A stretch of 61,620 nt of DNA. Origin: Candidatus Rifleibacteriota bacterium (GTDB lineage Bacteria > Muiribacteriota > Ozemobacteria > Ozemobacterales > Ozemobacteraceae). Position numbers and translations under genes: made by a program. Location of the stretch: NCBI GenBank assembly GCA_051747585.1, contig JBNJGH010000006.1, positions 1-61,620 on the forward strand. Reading direction: 5' to 3'. The notes under the pieces are model-generated. The model searched no databases. It was not told where the DNA came from and saw only the letters and a program-made list of their open reading frames with translations. Shown here one piece after another: positions 9,956 through 19,322 of this stretch (positions are counted from its first letter, which is position 1; each line of letters opens with the position of its first letter).

Positions 9956-10300
9956 ATGTCTCAATACAAATCGCAAATACAGAATCAGTTTCTTTCAGCC
10001 GCACGCAAGAAACATTTTAAAGTAGAAGTCATTCTTGAAACCGGTACCGTTTTACGCGGTAAAATCAGAGCTTATGACCAATTTTCAATTTCTTTATCTT
10101 TCAGAGATAAAGTAGAAATAATTTACAAATCTTCAATTATTTACATAGCTATAATGCCCTCGAGAATGAGAAAACCCTATGACCGGAGACCTGGCGGCAA
10201 TCGCAGAACCGGTAGCAGTTACAAGCGTAGAAGACCTGACTATCGTGATGAACCAGAAGATCCACCACCACCTAAGAAGCCACCCAAAATGATTATCTAA
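9956..10300 (+). CDS. hfq: RNA chaperone Hfq-like (Sm-fold) protein with Arg/Pro-rich tail
   Basis: IQNQFL...VILETG..LRGKI.AYDQFSI...IIYKSSI matches the Hfq pattern (Q..FL, G.I..FD.F, YKHAI). GGAG RBS favours ATG 9956. Confidence 0.75.
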   Translation: MSQYKSQIQNQFLSAARKKHFKVEVILETGTVLRGKIRAYDQFSISLSFRDKVEIIYKSSIIYIAIMPSRMRKPYDRRPGGNRRTGSSYKRRRPDYRDEPEDPPPPKKPPKMII

Positions 10301-10323
10301 AAAACGCCGCAAGGCGTTTTTTT
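10299..10323 (+). terminator. Intrinsic terminator
   Basis: AAAAAACGCC-GCAA-GGCGTTTTTTT directly after the stop codon. Confidence 0.8.
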
Positions 10324-10396
10324 CTTTTATCTCTCTTTTAGTTTAGTTGTTAAAATATTTTGCCGATATTTATAAAAAGAGTATAAGGCAAACATT

Positions 10397-10684
10397 ATGA
10401 TATTTAGATGTCCAAAATGCAATTCAAACCATCTTGACAATTTTGGCAGTTGCTCGGATTGTGGCTACACATTCAGAGAAATCTGCTCTAATTGCGGTTT
10501 TAAGAACATTCCAAAAGCAAAATATTGCGGAAATTGCGGAACCGGCATGAATATCAAGATTCAACTTCAGAACTTTATTAATAGAAACTTCAGTTTTTCC
10601 TTTAAAATCAGATTCAGAAAATTTATCACCGGTCTTGCCTTTGGTACCCTTTTAAGCTTATTTGCCCTCAGTGGCTATTTTTAA
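10397..10684 (+). CDS. Double zinc-ribbon protein with C-terminal TM helix
   Basis: Four CxxC pairs (CPKC, CSDC, CSNC, CGNC) and a hydrophobic C-terminus. Confidence 0.75.
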   Translation: MIFRCPKCNSNHLDNFGSCSDCGYTFREICSNCGFKNIPKAKYCGNCGTGMNIKIQLQNFINRNFSFSFKIRFRKFITGLAFGTLLSLFALSGYF

Positions 10685-10811
10685 TTTTTACTTATTTCGT
10701 TTAGTCATTATGCCAGCAATTTTCAGGGAACCGTCATTAGCTGGTTTTCAAAAGTAAAAAAATCTGAATTAACCCTATTTATTAATTGATGGCGAAAGCG
10801 ATATAAAGCGC

Positions 10812-10959
10812 GTCATGCCTGCGTAGGCAGGCATCCAGGGTTAGAGCAGAAATACAGATTGATTAACGACCTTTTTTAAGCACCAAGCTTATATTTTTTA
10901 ATAACATAAACGACGATTATTCTGGATTCCTGATTCGGTTAGAACCGGTCAGGAATGAC
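10812..10959. repeat. REP-like inverted doublet (GTCAT-hairpin-ATCCAG family)
   Basis: GTCATGCCTGC-GTAG-GCAGGCATCCAG (10812-10838) faces CTGGATTCCTGA...TCAGGAATGAC (10922-10959) across an AT-rich spacer. Confidence 0.7.
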
Positions 10960-11070
10960 TAGCAATTATTGGTGAGGCATTATTAGGTGATTTTTAATCT
11001 TTTTCACAGCCTTGGATTGTCCTTTGGACAATCAGCCGGCGGTTTCACCGTTCGGCTTTCACAATATTAC

Positions 11071-13545
11071 TCAGTCATAACTGTCACGCAAGTCTATTTC
11101 AGCTGGGGGTTCGATCACAACCCCAGGTTCTCTATCCGGCTCATCAGGTTCAATTGCCGGAATATCGGCCATGCCTTCATCGAGGAAAGCATCTCGGGGA
11201 ATTTCCTGGTCAGCCCCCCACTTTTTCAAAAGATTTTTGCTGTCAGTCTGGTTGTTTCTTGACACCCAACCATCTTGAGGTATAACAGGCATTTGAGAAG
11301 CATTGCCAGGCTGAGCTGCAGAATTTTGAGAAAACCTGGTTTGTTGATTATCATGACCGGCTTCTGAAGTATGATAATCACCCTGAAAGAATTCGGGGTC
11401 AGGCATATTTGAATAAACTCTGGGCATTCTAAACTCATCGTCGGGAGTTTCTGATGTAGCCGGGGCATATTTTGCAGCCATCATTGAATGGTTACATTTA
11501 GTCAAGGGCTGAGATTCAACCGGAAAAACCTGGTAGGTTACATCCCGCCAGGGACAACCTCTCGAAGCAAGCTTCCCCGAAAGCATGCAAACCTTAGCTC
11601 TTACACATCCTTCAGGAACCGGGAATTTACTTTTTGGATATTCTTTTAACGCCTTTTCCATAAATGCTTTCCAAACGGGACCTGCGACCGACCCACCGGC
11701 TTTTCTCGGTCCTAACGATTTAGGCATATCAAAGCCAAACTGAACCACAGTAACCAGATCGGGAGAAAAACCATTAAACCAGGCATCAATATAGTCGTTT
11801 GTCGTACCTGTTTTTCCGGCAATGTTGTAACCTTTAATTCTGGCCCGAGCTCCTGTGCCCCGCTCAACAACAGTTTTAAGCATGTCACATAACATAGCAG
11901 CATTTTCTGCCTTCATAACTTCTTTGGCGCTGGGAAGATTCTCTTCCAATACATTCCCATCTCGATCTACTACTTTTAAAATAGATAATGGACGGCAATG
12001 TATGCCCAGGTTGGCAAATACTCCGTAGGCTGAAGCCAGTTCAATTGGAGTAAGCTGTCCGGATCCAAGTGCAAGCGACAAATTTGGTTGCATCTGCGCA
12101 GTAATGCCAAGTTTTTTGGCAAAGCGTATTACTTTTGCGGGAGTAAGTTTGTCAATCAGTTTTACCGCAGGGACATTATAGCTTTTACAAAGCGCCTTCA
12201 TAAGAGAGACTGTGCCATGGAATTCCAGATCATAGTTCTTTGGAGCCCAGACTTTTTTGGTCCATGGATTTGTATAGGAAATGAAATCATCGACAATTTT
12301 ATCGTCTGGCAGCATTCCTTCTTCGAGTGCACAACCATATACAAAGGGTTTAAAAGATGAACCCGGCTGCCGAAGAGCCTGAGTAACACGATTGAATTTT
12401 GAATTTTCGAAACTGCGGCCACCATACATAGCTTTTATATGCCCACTTCCAGGATCGAGACTTACCAGACAACCGTTGAGGTTGGGATATTTGTCAATAG
12501 GATACTCGGCAAAAATTGGCGCCGAAGCCATGGCAGTTTCTGCATATTCCTGCAGTTTGAGATCCAACGAAGTATAAATTTTCAACCCACCTTTATAGAC
12601 CAGGTTGGAACCGTATTTCTTTAAAAGCTTGTCTCTAACATAGGTAAAGAAATAAGGAGCCTTTGGTTCCTGGCTTTTCAGCTCCTGCAATTTCGGCTTT
12701 TCTTTTTTGGCTGCTTCATACTGAGCAGGGGTTATAAAACCAAGTTCAACCATTTTAGACAAAACCAGATTGCGTCTTGAAAGATTGTTTTCAGGATTAC
12801 GATAAGGGGAAAAAGCTACGGGGCTTTTAGGTATCCCAGCCAGCATAGCGCATTCAGCAATACTCAAATCTTTTGCATCTTTATCAAAATACATTTCTGC
12901 GGCCGCTGCGAGTCCATAAGCGCCATGACCAAAATAAATCTCGTTAAGATATAAGGTTAAAATCTCATCTTTTGAATATTTTCGCTCCATCTGAAAAGCC
13001 ATCATAGCTTCGATCGCTTTTCGTTTAAAAGTTCTTTCGCTGGTCAAAAAAGCATTTTTTACCAGTTGTTGAGTTAGGGTCGAGGCGCCCTGAACAATTC
13101 TACCCGCCTTTAAATTTCTTACCATCGCTCTGGCAATCCCGACGAGATCGATACCGTAATGTTTGTAAAAACGCTCATCTTCGATTGCCACTACAGAATC
13201 TTTCATTATTTTAGGTATATCGCTGCTTGAAAGAATTTTTGTGCGGTTCTCGACGCCGTGAAGCTTTGCGATCAAATCACCATTACAATCATAAACCATC
13301 GAGGTAAGATTGGGTCTATAAGAATTGTCAGCTATTATAGGAATTCTTTCAGAAAAACCTTTGAGAACTCCAAAAACAGCGCCTGTTAGAACAATAATCA
13401 AAATAATGCTCAGAGCAAAACCAAGCTTAAAAAAGAACCAGAGCCACCCAAGAACTTTCTGGGTTACTGTCTCAATTTCTTCTTCATCTTCATCTTCATC
13501 TGCAAGATAATTTTCTTCTGGCTCTTTGTTGTTTGAAAAAATCAT
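11071..13545 (-). CDS. mrcA: Class A penicillin-binding protein (PBP1A family)
   Basis: Transglycosylase motifs EDERFYKH, GASTLTQQLVKN, YLNEIYFG; transpeptidase motifs SSFK, SYN, KTGT. Confidence 0.93.
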   Translation of the reverse strand: MIFSNNKEPEENYLADEDEDEEEIETVTQKVLGWLWFFFKLGFALSIILIIVLTGAVFGVLKGFSERIPIIADNSYRPNLTSMVYDCNGDLIAKLHGVENRTKILSSSDIPKIMKDSVVAIEDERFYKHYGIDLVGIARAMVRNLKAGRIVQGASTLTQQLVKNAFLTSERTFKRKAIEAMMAFQMERKYSKDEILTLYLNEIYFGHGAYGLAAAAEMYFDKDAKDLSIAECAMLAGIPKSPVAFSPYRNPENNLSRRNLVLSKMVELGFITPAQYEAAKKEKPKLQELKSQEPKAPYFFTYVRDKLLKKYGSNLVYKGGLKIYTSLDLKLQEYAETAMASAPIFAEYPIDKYPNLNGCLVSLDPGSGHIKAMYGGRSFENSKFNRVTQALRQPGSSFKPFVYGCALEEGMLPDDKIVDDFISYTNPWTKKVWAPKNYDLEFHGTVSLMKALCKSYNVPAVKLIDKLTPAKVIRFAKKLGITAQMQPNLSLALGSGQLTPIELASAYGVFANLGIHCRPLSILKVVDRDGNVLEENLPSAKEVMKAENAAMLCDMLKTVVERGTGARARIKGYNIAGKTGTTNDYIDAWFNGFSPDLVTVVQFGFDMPKSLGPRKAGGSVAGPVWKAFMEKALKEYPKSKFPVPEGCVRAKVCMLSGKLASRGCPWRDVTYQVFPVESQPLTKCNHSMMAAKYAPATSETPDDEFRMPRVYSNMPDPEFFQGDYHTSEAGHDNQQTRFSQNSAAQPGNASQMPVIPQDGWVSRNNQTDSKNLLKKWGADQEIPRDAFLDEGMADIPAIEPDEPDREPGVVIEPPAEIDLRDSYD

Positions 13546-13701
13546 TGTTAATACCGTCCTGAATAACAGAGTACAATAAAACTCTCGGCATTTTCAACAG
13601 TATATATGAGAAAGGTTTAAGGAATTTCTTTTTTTGTTGCTAAGCTTCTGATATATTAAGGCGGCAAAGATTGCAGAATTTTCACAGCTGGATATATTGA
13701 A

Positions 13702-14988
13702 ATGAATATTAATGAAACTAAAGCCTGGATTCTCGGGCGAGGTGCCCGCAAAGACAGATATGGTCTTGACAAAATGTATTACATTCTTGAAGAATTGGAT
13801 GCGCCACACCTTGATTATTGCTGCGTAGTCGTAGGCGGCACCAACGGCAAAGGGTCTGTTACCGCTATTGCAGAAAGTATTTTAAAAGAGTGCGATGACT
13901 ATAATATCGGCACCCTGACTTCTCCACATCTTATCGATATGCGCGAAAGAATAAGAATTCAGGGCGAAAAGCTACCGGATAAATACTGGATAAATGGCGT
14001 AAAAGAGTTAAAACAAATTTATAAAGTAATGGATAAAGAGCCATCTTTGGGGTCGCCAAGCTTTTTTGAAACTATATCAGCCCTGGCTTTCTGGAGCTTC
14101 AGAGAAACAGAGCGCGATCTAGTTATAATGGAAGTTGGACTTGGGGGCCGTTTTGATGCCACCAACTCCTGCGACCCTGAAATTTCTGTGGTAACCAATA
14201 TAGGCACAGACCATGAAGAGTTTCTCGGCAAAGGCAAGCCCAACATAGCCAGAGAAAAACTTGGAATTATCAGAAAAAAAAGACCTCTAATCACATCCGA
14301 AAAAGACCCGGGAATTCTTAAAATTTTTACTGAAAAATGCAAAGCGAAAAAAAGTCCATTAGTGCTGGCCAAAGATTGCGAATATTTCTCTGTAATTAAT
14401 AGCAATTCAGATGGTCACTTAATAAAACTACCTTTTTCTGAGAATGAAGTTTTTCTTTCTCTTCCCGGTCAACACCAACTGAGTAACTTATCGCTTGCCC
14501 TTGAGCTGATTATGCAATTAAGAAAACACGGCTTTCAAATTCCTGATGAAGCAATTGAAAAAGGCATAGCAGAAGTAAAATGGCCCGGCAGGCTGCAATG
14601 GGTCGAAAGCAACCCTCCCGTATTACTGGATGGCGCACACAATCCAGAAGGGCTCGAAACTCTGGTAAACTATCTTGAAACCTTTCCCCCTGAACGACCG
14701 GTAAATATTCTTTTTGGCACTTTAAAAGACAAACCCATGCTAGACATGGCTGATCGACTGGCCAAATTTGGCAAAAAGCTATGTTTCGTGCCTCCAACAA
14801 GCAACCGGGCTTTCAAACGCGAAGATTTTGACGCAGCTTTCGCTGACAGAAAAAATAAATCCTGGGTCTGGTATGACGATTTTATAAAAGCTTTCGAAGA
14901 ATGTCGAAAAGACAGTAACAGCATTATAGTTACCGGCTCGTTATATCTCATCTCAGAAGCACTTAAGTATCTTGATGAAAATGTTTAA
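13702..14988 (+). CDS. folC: Bifunctional folylpolyglutamate/dihydrofolate synthase
   Basis: GTNGKGS, TSPHL, EVGLGGRFDATN, WPGR, LDGAHNP, TGSLY. Confidence 0.95.
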   Translation: MNINETKAWILGRGARKDRYGLDKMYYILEELDAPHLDYCCVVVGGTNGKGSVTAIAESILKECDDYNIGTLTSPHLIDMRERIRIQGEKLPDKYWINGVKELKQIYKVMDKEPSLGSPSFFETISALAFWSFRETERDLVIMEVGLGGRFDATNSCDPEISVVTNIGTDHEEFLGKGKPNIAREKLGIIRKKRPLITSEKDPGILKIFTEKCKAKKSPLVLAKDCEYFSVINSNSDGHLIKLPFSENEVFLSLPGQHQLSNLSLALELIMQLRKHGFQIPDEAIEKGIAEVKWPGRLQWVESNPPVLLDGAHNPEGLETLVNYLETFPPERPVNILFGTLKDKPMLDMADRLAKFGKKLCFVPPTSNRAFKREDFDAAFADRKNKSWVWYDDFIKAFEECRKDSNSIIVTGSLYLISEALKYLDENV

Positions 14989-16138
14989 ACCCGGGCTTGA
15001 AAACCTTCTTGCTGCCCAACACCACTGTTCTTTAAAAGTTGCAGTGGTAACCAATAATACTGGAAGAGACAGCAATAACAATCATCTGGTAGAACTTCTG
15101 GCAGAACATGAAAAGTTTGAAGTTGTAAAAATTTTTTCACCCGAACATGGTCTTTTTTCCATGGAACCTGACGGCGAAGCAGTTGATGATTCAAGGCATG
15201 AAGGTTTTAATATTCCGGTAATCAGTCTATATGGAAAAAATAAAAAACCAACTATGAACCAGCTTGAAGATATCGATCTGTTAATTTACGATATTCAGGA
15301 TACAGGGGTGCGTTTTTACACCTATATCAGTACGCTGAGAAACATTCTTGATGCTGCCGCCGAAAAAAGTATACCGGTCTGGATACTCGACCGTCCTGAT
15401 GTTCTTGGAGGCATTGAAGTAGAAGGACCAATGCTTAAAGACAAATTTTCTTCTTTTGTCGGTCATATTCCGGTTCCTGTTCGTTACGGCCTCACACCCG
15501 GTGAACTAGCCTTATGGTGGAAAAATAAAACCGGGTTGAAAATAGATATAAAAGTCTGGGAATGCATTGATTATAAATGTTCCAACTCACGACCTTTTCC
15601 AGATTTCCCCTGGTATAAACCCTCTCCAAGTATGCCGGATATTGCAACAGCTCAATTCTACCCTGGAACCTGTCTTTTTGAAGGAACCAATGTTTCTGAA
15701 GGACGAGGAAGTTCAAAACCTTTTAGAACCCTGGGTGCCCCATGGATAAATGCCGACAAATGGGCTGAATACCTTCGGGAAATTCTGGATAAAGATATTG
15801 AAGTTAAAACCTCTGAATTTGTTCCTTCTTTTTCAAAATACGCGAATAAAAAATGTTTTGGAATCAATCTTTCAAGCAAAAAACCAATTGTCAAAAATGC
15901 TGTTTTAGTTGGGTTACAGGCTCTGTATACACTTATGCAGACTCATAGCAACAAAGTTATTTTTACCAGCCGTCCCGGGCTTAAATTTCCTTTTTTTGAT
16001 TATCTTTGCGGCAGCGATTATATAAGAAAAGGGCTTCTTAAAAACAAGAAGCTTGAAGAACTAATTGAATTCGATCGACAAGAAGTAAAACATTTTGCCA
16101 GAGAACGACAAAAATACTTTTTATACCAGCGTATCTAG
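14975..16138 (+). CDS. namZ: Exo-beta-N-acetylmuramidase NamZ (DUF1343) family
   Basis: FSPEHG, SLYG, DIQDTGVRFYTYIST, LDRP, GLTPGELA, PSP.MP, EGTNVSEGRG. Confidence 0.88.
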   Translation: MKMFKPGLENLLAAQHHCSLKVAVVTNNTGRDSNNNHLVELLAEHEKFEVVKIFSPEHGLFSMEPDGEAVDDSRHEGFNIPVISLYGKNKKPTMNQLEDIDLLIYDIQDTGVRFYTYISTLRNILDAAAEKSIPVWILDRPDVLGGIEVEGPMLKDKFSSFVGHIPVPVRYGLTPGELALWWKNKTGLKIDIKVWECIDYKCSNSRPFPDFPWYKPSPSMPDIATAQFYPGTCLFEGTNVSEGRGSSKPFRTLGAPWINADKWAEYLREILDKDIEVKTSEFVPSFSKYANKKCFGINLSSKKPIVKNAVLVGLQALYTLMQTHSNKVIFTSRPGLKFPFFDYLCGSDYIRKGLLKNKKLEELIEFDRQEVKHFARERQKYFLYQRI

Positions 16139-16968
16139 CCTTGCGGAGCTTCGAACTTCCATCTTGATAAAACAACCTTTTTACCGTTCTTTTCAAGAAC
16201 CAGCAAATTACCTCGTTTGTCAAAAGCCAGATCACGCATACAAAATTTTTCTGGACCGTCTATTTTCCAGATCATATGACCGTTCTGTCCTACAAGAGTA
16301 AGTTTACGACTGTTATCTTCATAGGATGATATTAACGCCTCGCCTTCAGGTCCGATAGGACCAAGACTTATACCTGCAGGATCAAAAGATCGTGAAAACT
16401 CATAAATCTCTTTAATCAAATTTCCATAACAATCAAATAACGAAATAGACCAGGGTCCGGTCTGTTTTTTTAAACCAACCGACCACAAATATCCACGCCC
16501 AATTGGCAGGGCAAAATTAAGCCCCTCAGTTGCAAATGTATCAGTCGCATTCTGAGCTAGAAAAAGCATTTTTCCGGCACCGGTCAGTAAAAGGCCTTGT
16601 TCACAAGCTTCTATTTTACATGCATCAAAAGCCTGGTCGGGCCATTGAGGTTTGACAAGCCCCCCCAGCCTGCCTTGCTGGTTAATATAAACAGGTTGCC
16701 CCATTACCAAATCAAAATCAAGAATTCTCTGGCCTCTAATTTTTCCGTTAAAAGCTTCACCGTTTTTTAAATCATAACGAATCATCTGTCCGTAATGATT
16801 CATCATTAAAACCTGACCGGCACTGGTTCGCATTCCGATCAGATCATAAGAGAAGCCGGAAGGAAGCTCATAAAGGACTTCTCTTTCTATGTTTATTTGC
16901 GCCCCGGCAACGACAACCATCAGGGAAAAAGCAATTAGAAAACCTGTAAATTTAGCTTTAGCAATCAT
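16135..16968 (-). CDS. Hypothetical secreted beta-propeller-like protein
   Basis: Signal peptide; beta-strand repeats ending in RDLAFDKRGNLLVLE (NHL-like). Confidence 0.55.
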   Translation of the reverse strand: MIAKAKFTGFLIAFSLMVVVAGAQINIEREVLYELPSGFSYDLIGMRTSAGQVLMMNHYGQMIRYDLKNGEAFNGKIRGQRILDFDLVMGQPVYINQQGRLGGLVKPQWPDQAFDACKIEACEQGLLLTGAGKMLFLAQNATDTFATEGLNFALPIGRGYLWSVGLKKQTGPWSISLFDCYGNLIKEIYEFSRSFDPAGISLGPIGPEGEALISSYEDNSRKLTLVGQNGHMIWKIDGPEKFCMRDLAFDKRGNLLVLEKNGKKVVLSRWKFEAPQG

Positions 16969-17934
16969 TTAATTCCCCCAATCTATAGTCTTAACGATGA
17001 AACTACCGGCAGGAGCAGCATTAAAATCAGCCTCTGCTAGAAAGATCAAGCCGTTTATACCGGCAAGATAGCGATTCATAACCTGTGGTGGTTTGAACTC
17101 AAGCCTTTTAATCAATTTTCCGAATCGATTTATTTGAAAAAGCTTTAAAACTCCTTTAAAGCCTCCTGCAGGAAAAAAAGACACTATTATATCTTTACCG
17201 GAAGTTACCGCCCATAACCTTGCGTTTGCCAGCTCAGCAAACCCCAGGTGCGAACTACTGATAAGTTGCCCCTTGGGTGAATAAATTTCCAGAAAATAGC
17301 CGGCAGAATCTTCATAATTCAAATTAAAAAGCTGACTGCTGTTGTTTAGAGCAAATCCAGATCTCTGCCAGGGGATTTCTCTTATAAATTCACCATAGGG
17401 TGTAAACACAGATATTACCCCACGACCAATATCTCCCACGTAAAGTCTTCCGGAACGGTCAACCTCGAGTTGATTCACCTGAAGGATTTTCCCCTGCTCT
17501 TTTCCATGGCCGCCGGCTTTTACCAGAATCTTACCGTTTTTGAGCGAAATTTTATAAAGTTTGCATTCAGCTGCCTCAGCGATCCATGCCGCTTCGGGCT
17601 CACCATTGCTTCCTATTACCAGGGCAAAGTCCTCTAATAAAAGATTTTCAGGCAAACCTTGAATCTCAATATGCTTCTTTAATTTATTATTTTTGTCAAA
17701 AGCGTAAAGCCTCGAGCCAATCGAATCCAATACCCAGAGATGATCTGGCAGCACTCTTAAAGACATTGGTCCATAAGGCTGATCTTCGGCAAATTTTTTT
17801 GTATTGTTGGCATTGAAAAAAGCTACTTTACCATTTTCCGAACCATATTCGAGTTTCCAGGTATCAGCTGCAAATACCATGGATGTACATGTAACAAACA
17901 GTATTGTAATAAGCAAACAAGCTTTGAGATTCAT
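16969..17934 (-). CDS. Secreted NHL-repeat / 6-bladed beta-propeller protein
   Basis: Signal peptide; NHL-like GGHGKEQGKILQVNQLEVDRSGRLYVGDIG...ISVFTPYGEFIREI. Confidence 0.7.
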   Translation of the reverse strand: MNLKACLLITILFVTCTSMVFAADTWKLEYGSENGKVAFFNANNTKKFAEDQPYGPMSLRVLPDHLWVLDSIGSRLYAFDKNNKLKKHIEIQGLPENLLLEDFALVIGSNGEPEAAWIAEAAECKLYKISLKNGKILVKAGGHGKEQGKILQVNQLEVDRSGRLYVGDIGRGVISVFTPYGEFIREIPWQRSGFALNNSSQLFNLNYEDSAGYFLEIYSPKGQLISSSHLGFAELANARLWAVTSGKDIIVSFFPAGGFKGVLKLFQINRFGKLIKRLEFKPPQVMNRYLAGINGLIFLAEADFNAAPAGSFIVKTIDWGN

Positions 17935-17940
17935 AATAGA

Positions 17941-19197
17941 TCAAGCAACCTTTCTAAGAACTCTACTTACCGGACCAGGCCCGGTTGGGCTGGACAATCT
18001 GGGCATTCGCAGCCTGGACGAATTGTTCATTGCCATATAGTTATTTCCATCTTTTACTATTACGCCGACATGCGTGTCTGGATCCTTCACACCGTCACCG
18101 GTAGCATCATAGGTTTTCCAGGTAATAACGTCACCTTCCCGGTATGGAGGCACAGAAACTTCCTGCCAACCTTTGGCCCTTAGATCTGCTACTGTCGAAC
18201 GCACATTAAGCTGAACCCGATCAAGAGCCCCTGCATTAACCAGCGCTGTGGTAACTACCTGAGCGCAGGCCAGGTTACCATAATCGACTTCTTTTCCTCT
18301 AAATGAGTGGCTTCCGATCAGATTTCTGGCTGAGCTAACGATTCTTTCCTGCAAACTGCCATCGTTGGCAACAACAGCGGGTGAAGAGTCTGCCGGAGTG
18401 CTTTGAGAAGGTGTTGGAGCATCTTTATTTTTTGAAATATATTTTGTGTGCACATAGCGCACTTGCCCATTATAAGAAATTCTATACCAGTCATTGACTT
18501 TACCCGTTACTTTAACCGCAATTCCACGAGGAATTGCGGTGTCAATAGCTCCCCAGGGTGCATGCCTTACATTAAGGGCAGAAGCCGTAACATAGCCGAC
18601 AAAATTATCAGACTCTACTTCAGACTCAGGTTCAGAGGGCATATCTGCATCAATATAACGTCGATCTACAAAAGCTTCGTTATCATCACCCCATTTGATT
18701 TTGTAATAGTTACCTGAAACTGCTAAAATCTCTACAGCTTTCTGATCTTTTAAGGTTCCGATTTTGTCGCCATGAGGAACGCGGCGCACATTAAGGCCAA
18801 TTGGAGCATTTACCCAGCCTCGTCTGACAAAAGGTTTGTCTTTTTCGCCCTTCCTTTTAACATAAGCGGTATGCACATAAGCCGTCTTTCCATCGACCGA
18901 AATTTTATACCAGTCGCCCTGTTGGCCGATAATCTTAACTTTTGCGCCATTACTCAGGCTACTGATTATGTCGCCCCAGGGCGATGTACGTACATTTAAG
19001 GTTGTATTGACTTCGACAGTAGCAACTTCTACTTTTCCTTCAACAAGTGCAGGAAGTTCGGGATCTATATTTGGTGTATAAACCTCATCGGGAATATCGA
19101 CAACCTCACCGGAAAACGGGTTGTCGCCGGCCCAACCAGGCAAACAGAAGCCTAAAAATATAAAAACTGCAATAAACAGGTTTTTCTTAAGATACAT
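17941..19197 (-). CDS. Secreted 3xSH3b + NlpC/P60(CHAP-like) peptidoglycan hydrolase
   Basis: Signal peptide; three LNVR...WY.I...YV SH3b repeats; C-terminal ACAQVVT (Cys), GDVI, THVGVI (His), NNSS. Confidence 0.8.
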   Translation of the reverse strand: MYLKKNLFIAVFIFLGFCLPGWAGDNPFSGEVVDIPDEVYTPNIDPELPALVEGKVEVATVEVNTTLNVRTSPWGDIISSLSNGAKVKIIGQQGDWYKISVDGKTAYVHTAYVKRKGEKDKPFVRRGWVNAPIGLNVRRVPHGDKIGTLKDQKAVEILAVSGNYYKIKWGDDNEAFVDRRYIDADMPSEPESEVESDNFVGYVTASALNVRHAPWGAIDTAIPRGIAVKVTGKVNDWYRISYNGQVRYVHTKYISKNKDAPTPSQSTPADSSPAVVANDGSLQERIVSSARNLIGSHSFRGKEVDYGNLACAQVVTTALVNAGALDRVQLNVRSTVADLRAKGWQEVSVPPYREGDVITWKTYDATGDGVKDPDTHVGVIVKDGNNYMAMNNSSRLRMPRLSSPTGPGPVSRVLRKVA

Positions 19198-19322
19198 AAT
19201 TTCCCCCTGAAGTCTTGTATAATAATTTTACCTTAAAATTGGCAAAAAGTTTACAATTCTTGCAAATTTATCAATTTAACTATATTTTCTCATTATACAA
19301 AATAAAAATTCGGGGAAACCAA

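Noticed and set aside
11059-11073. Selenocysteine or stop readthrough of the PBP1A TGA suggested by downstream hairpins
   Set aside because: Another in-frame TGA follows after three sense codons, so readthrough would add almost nothing.
19215-19322. Longest-ORF starts in the track (19215, 24378, 27869, 38880, 47294, 58650 and similar)
   Set aside because: The extensions lack homology-like content or overlap neighbours; downstream ATGs with an RBS or stop-start coupling fit better.
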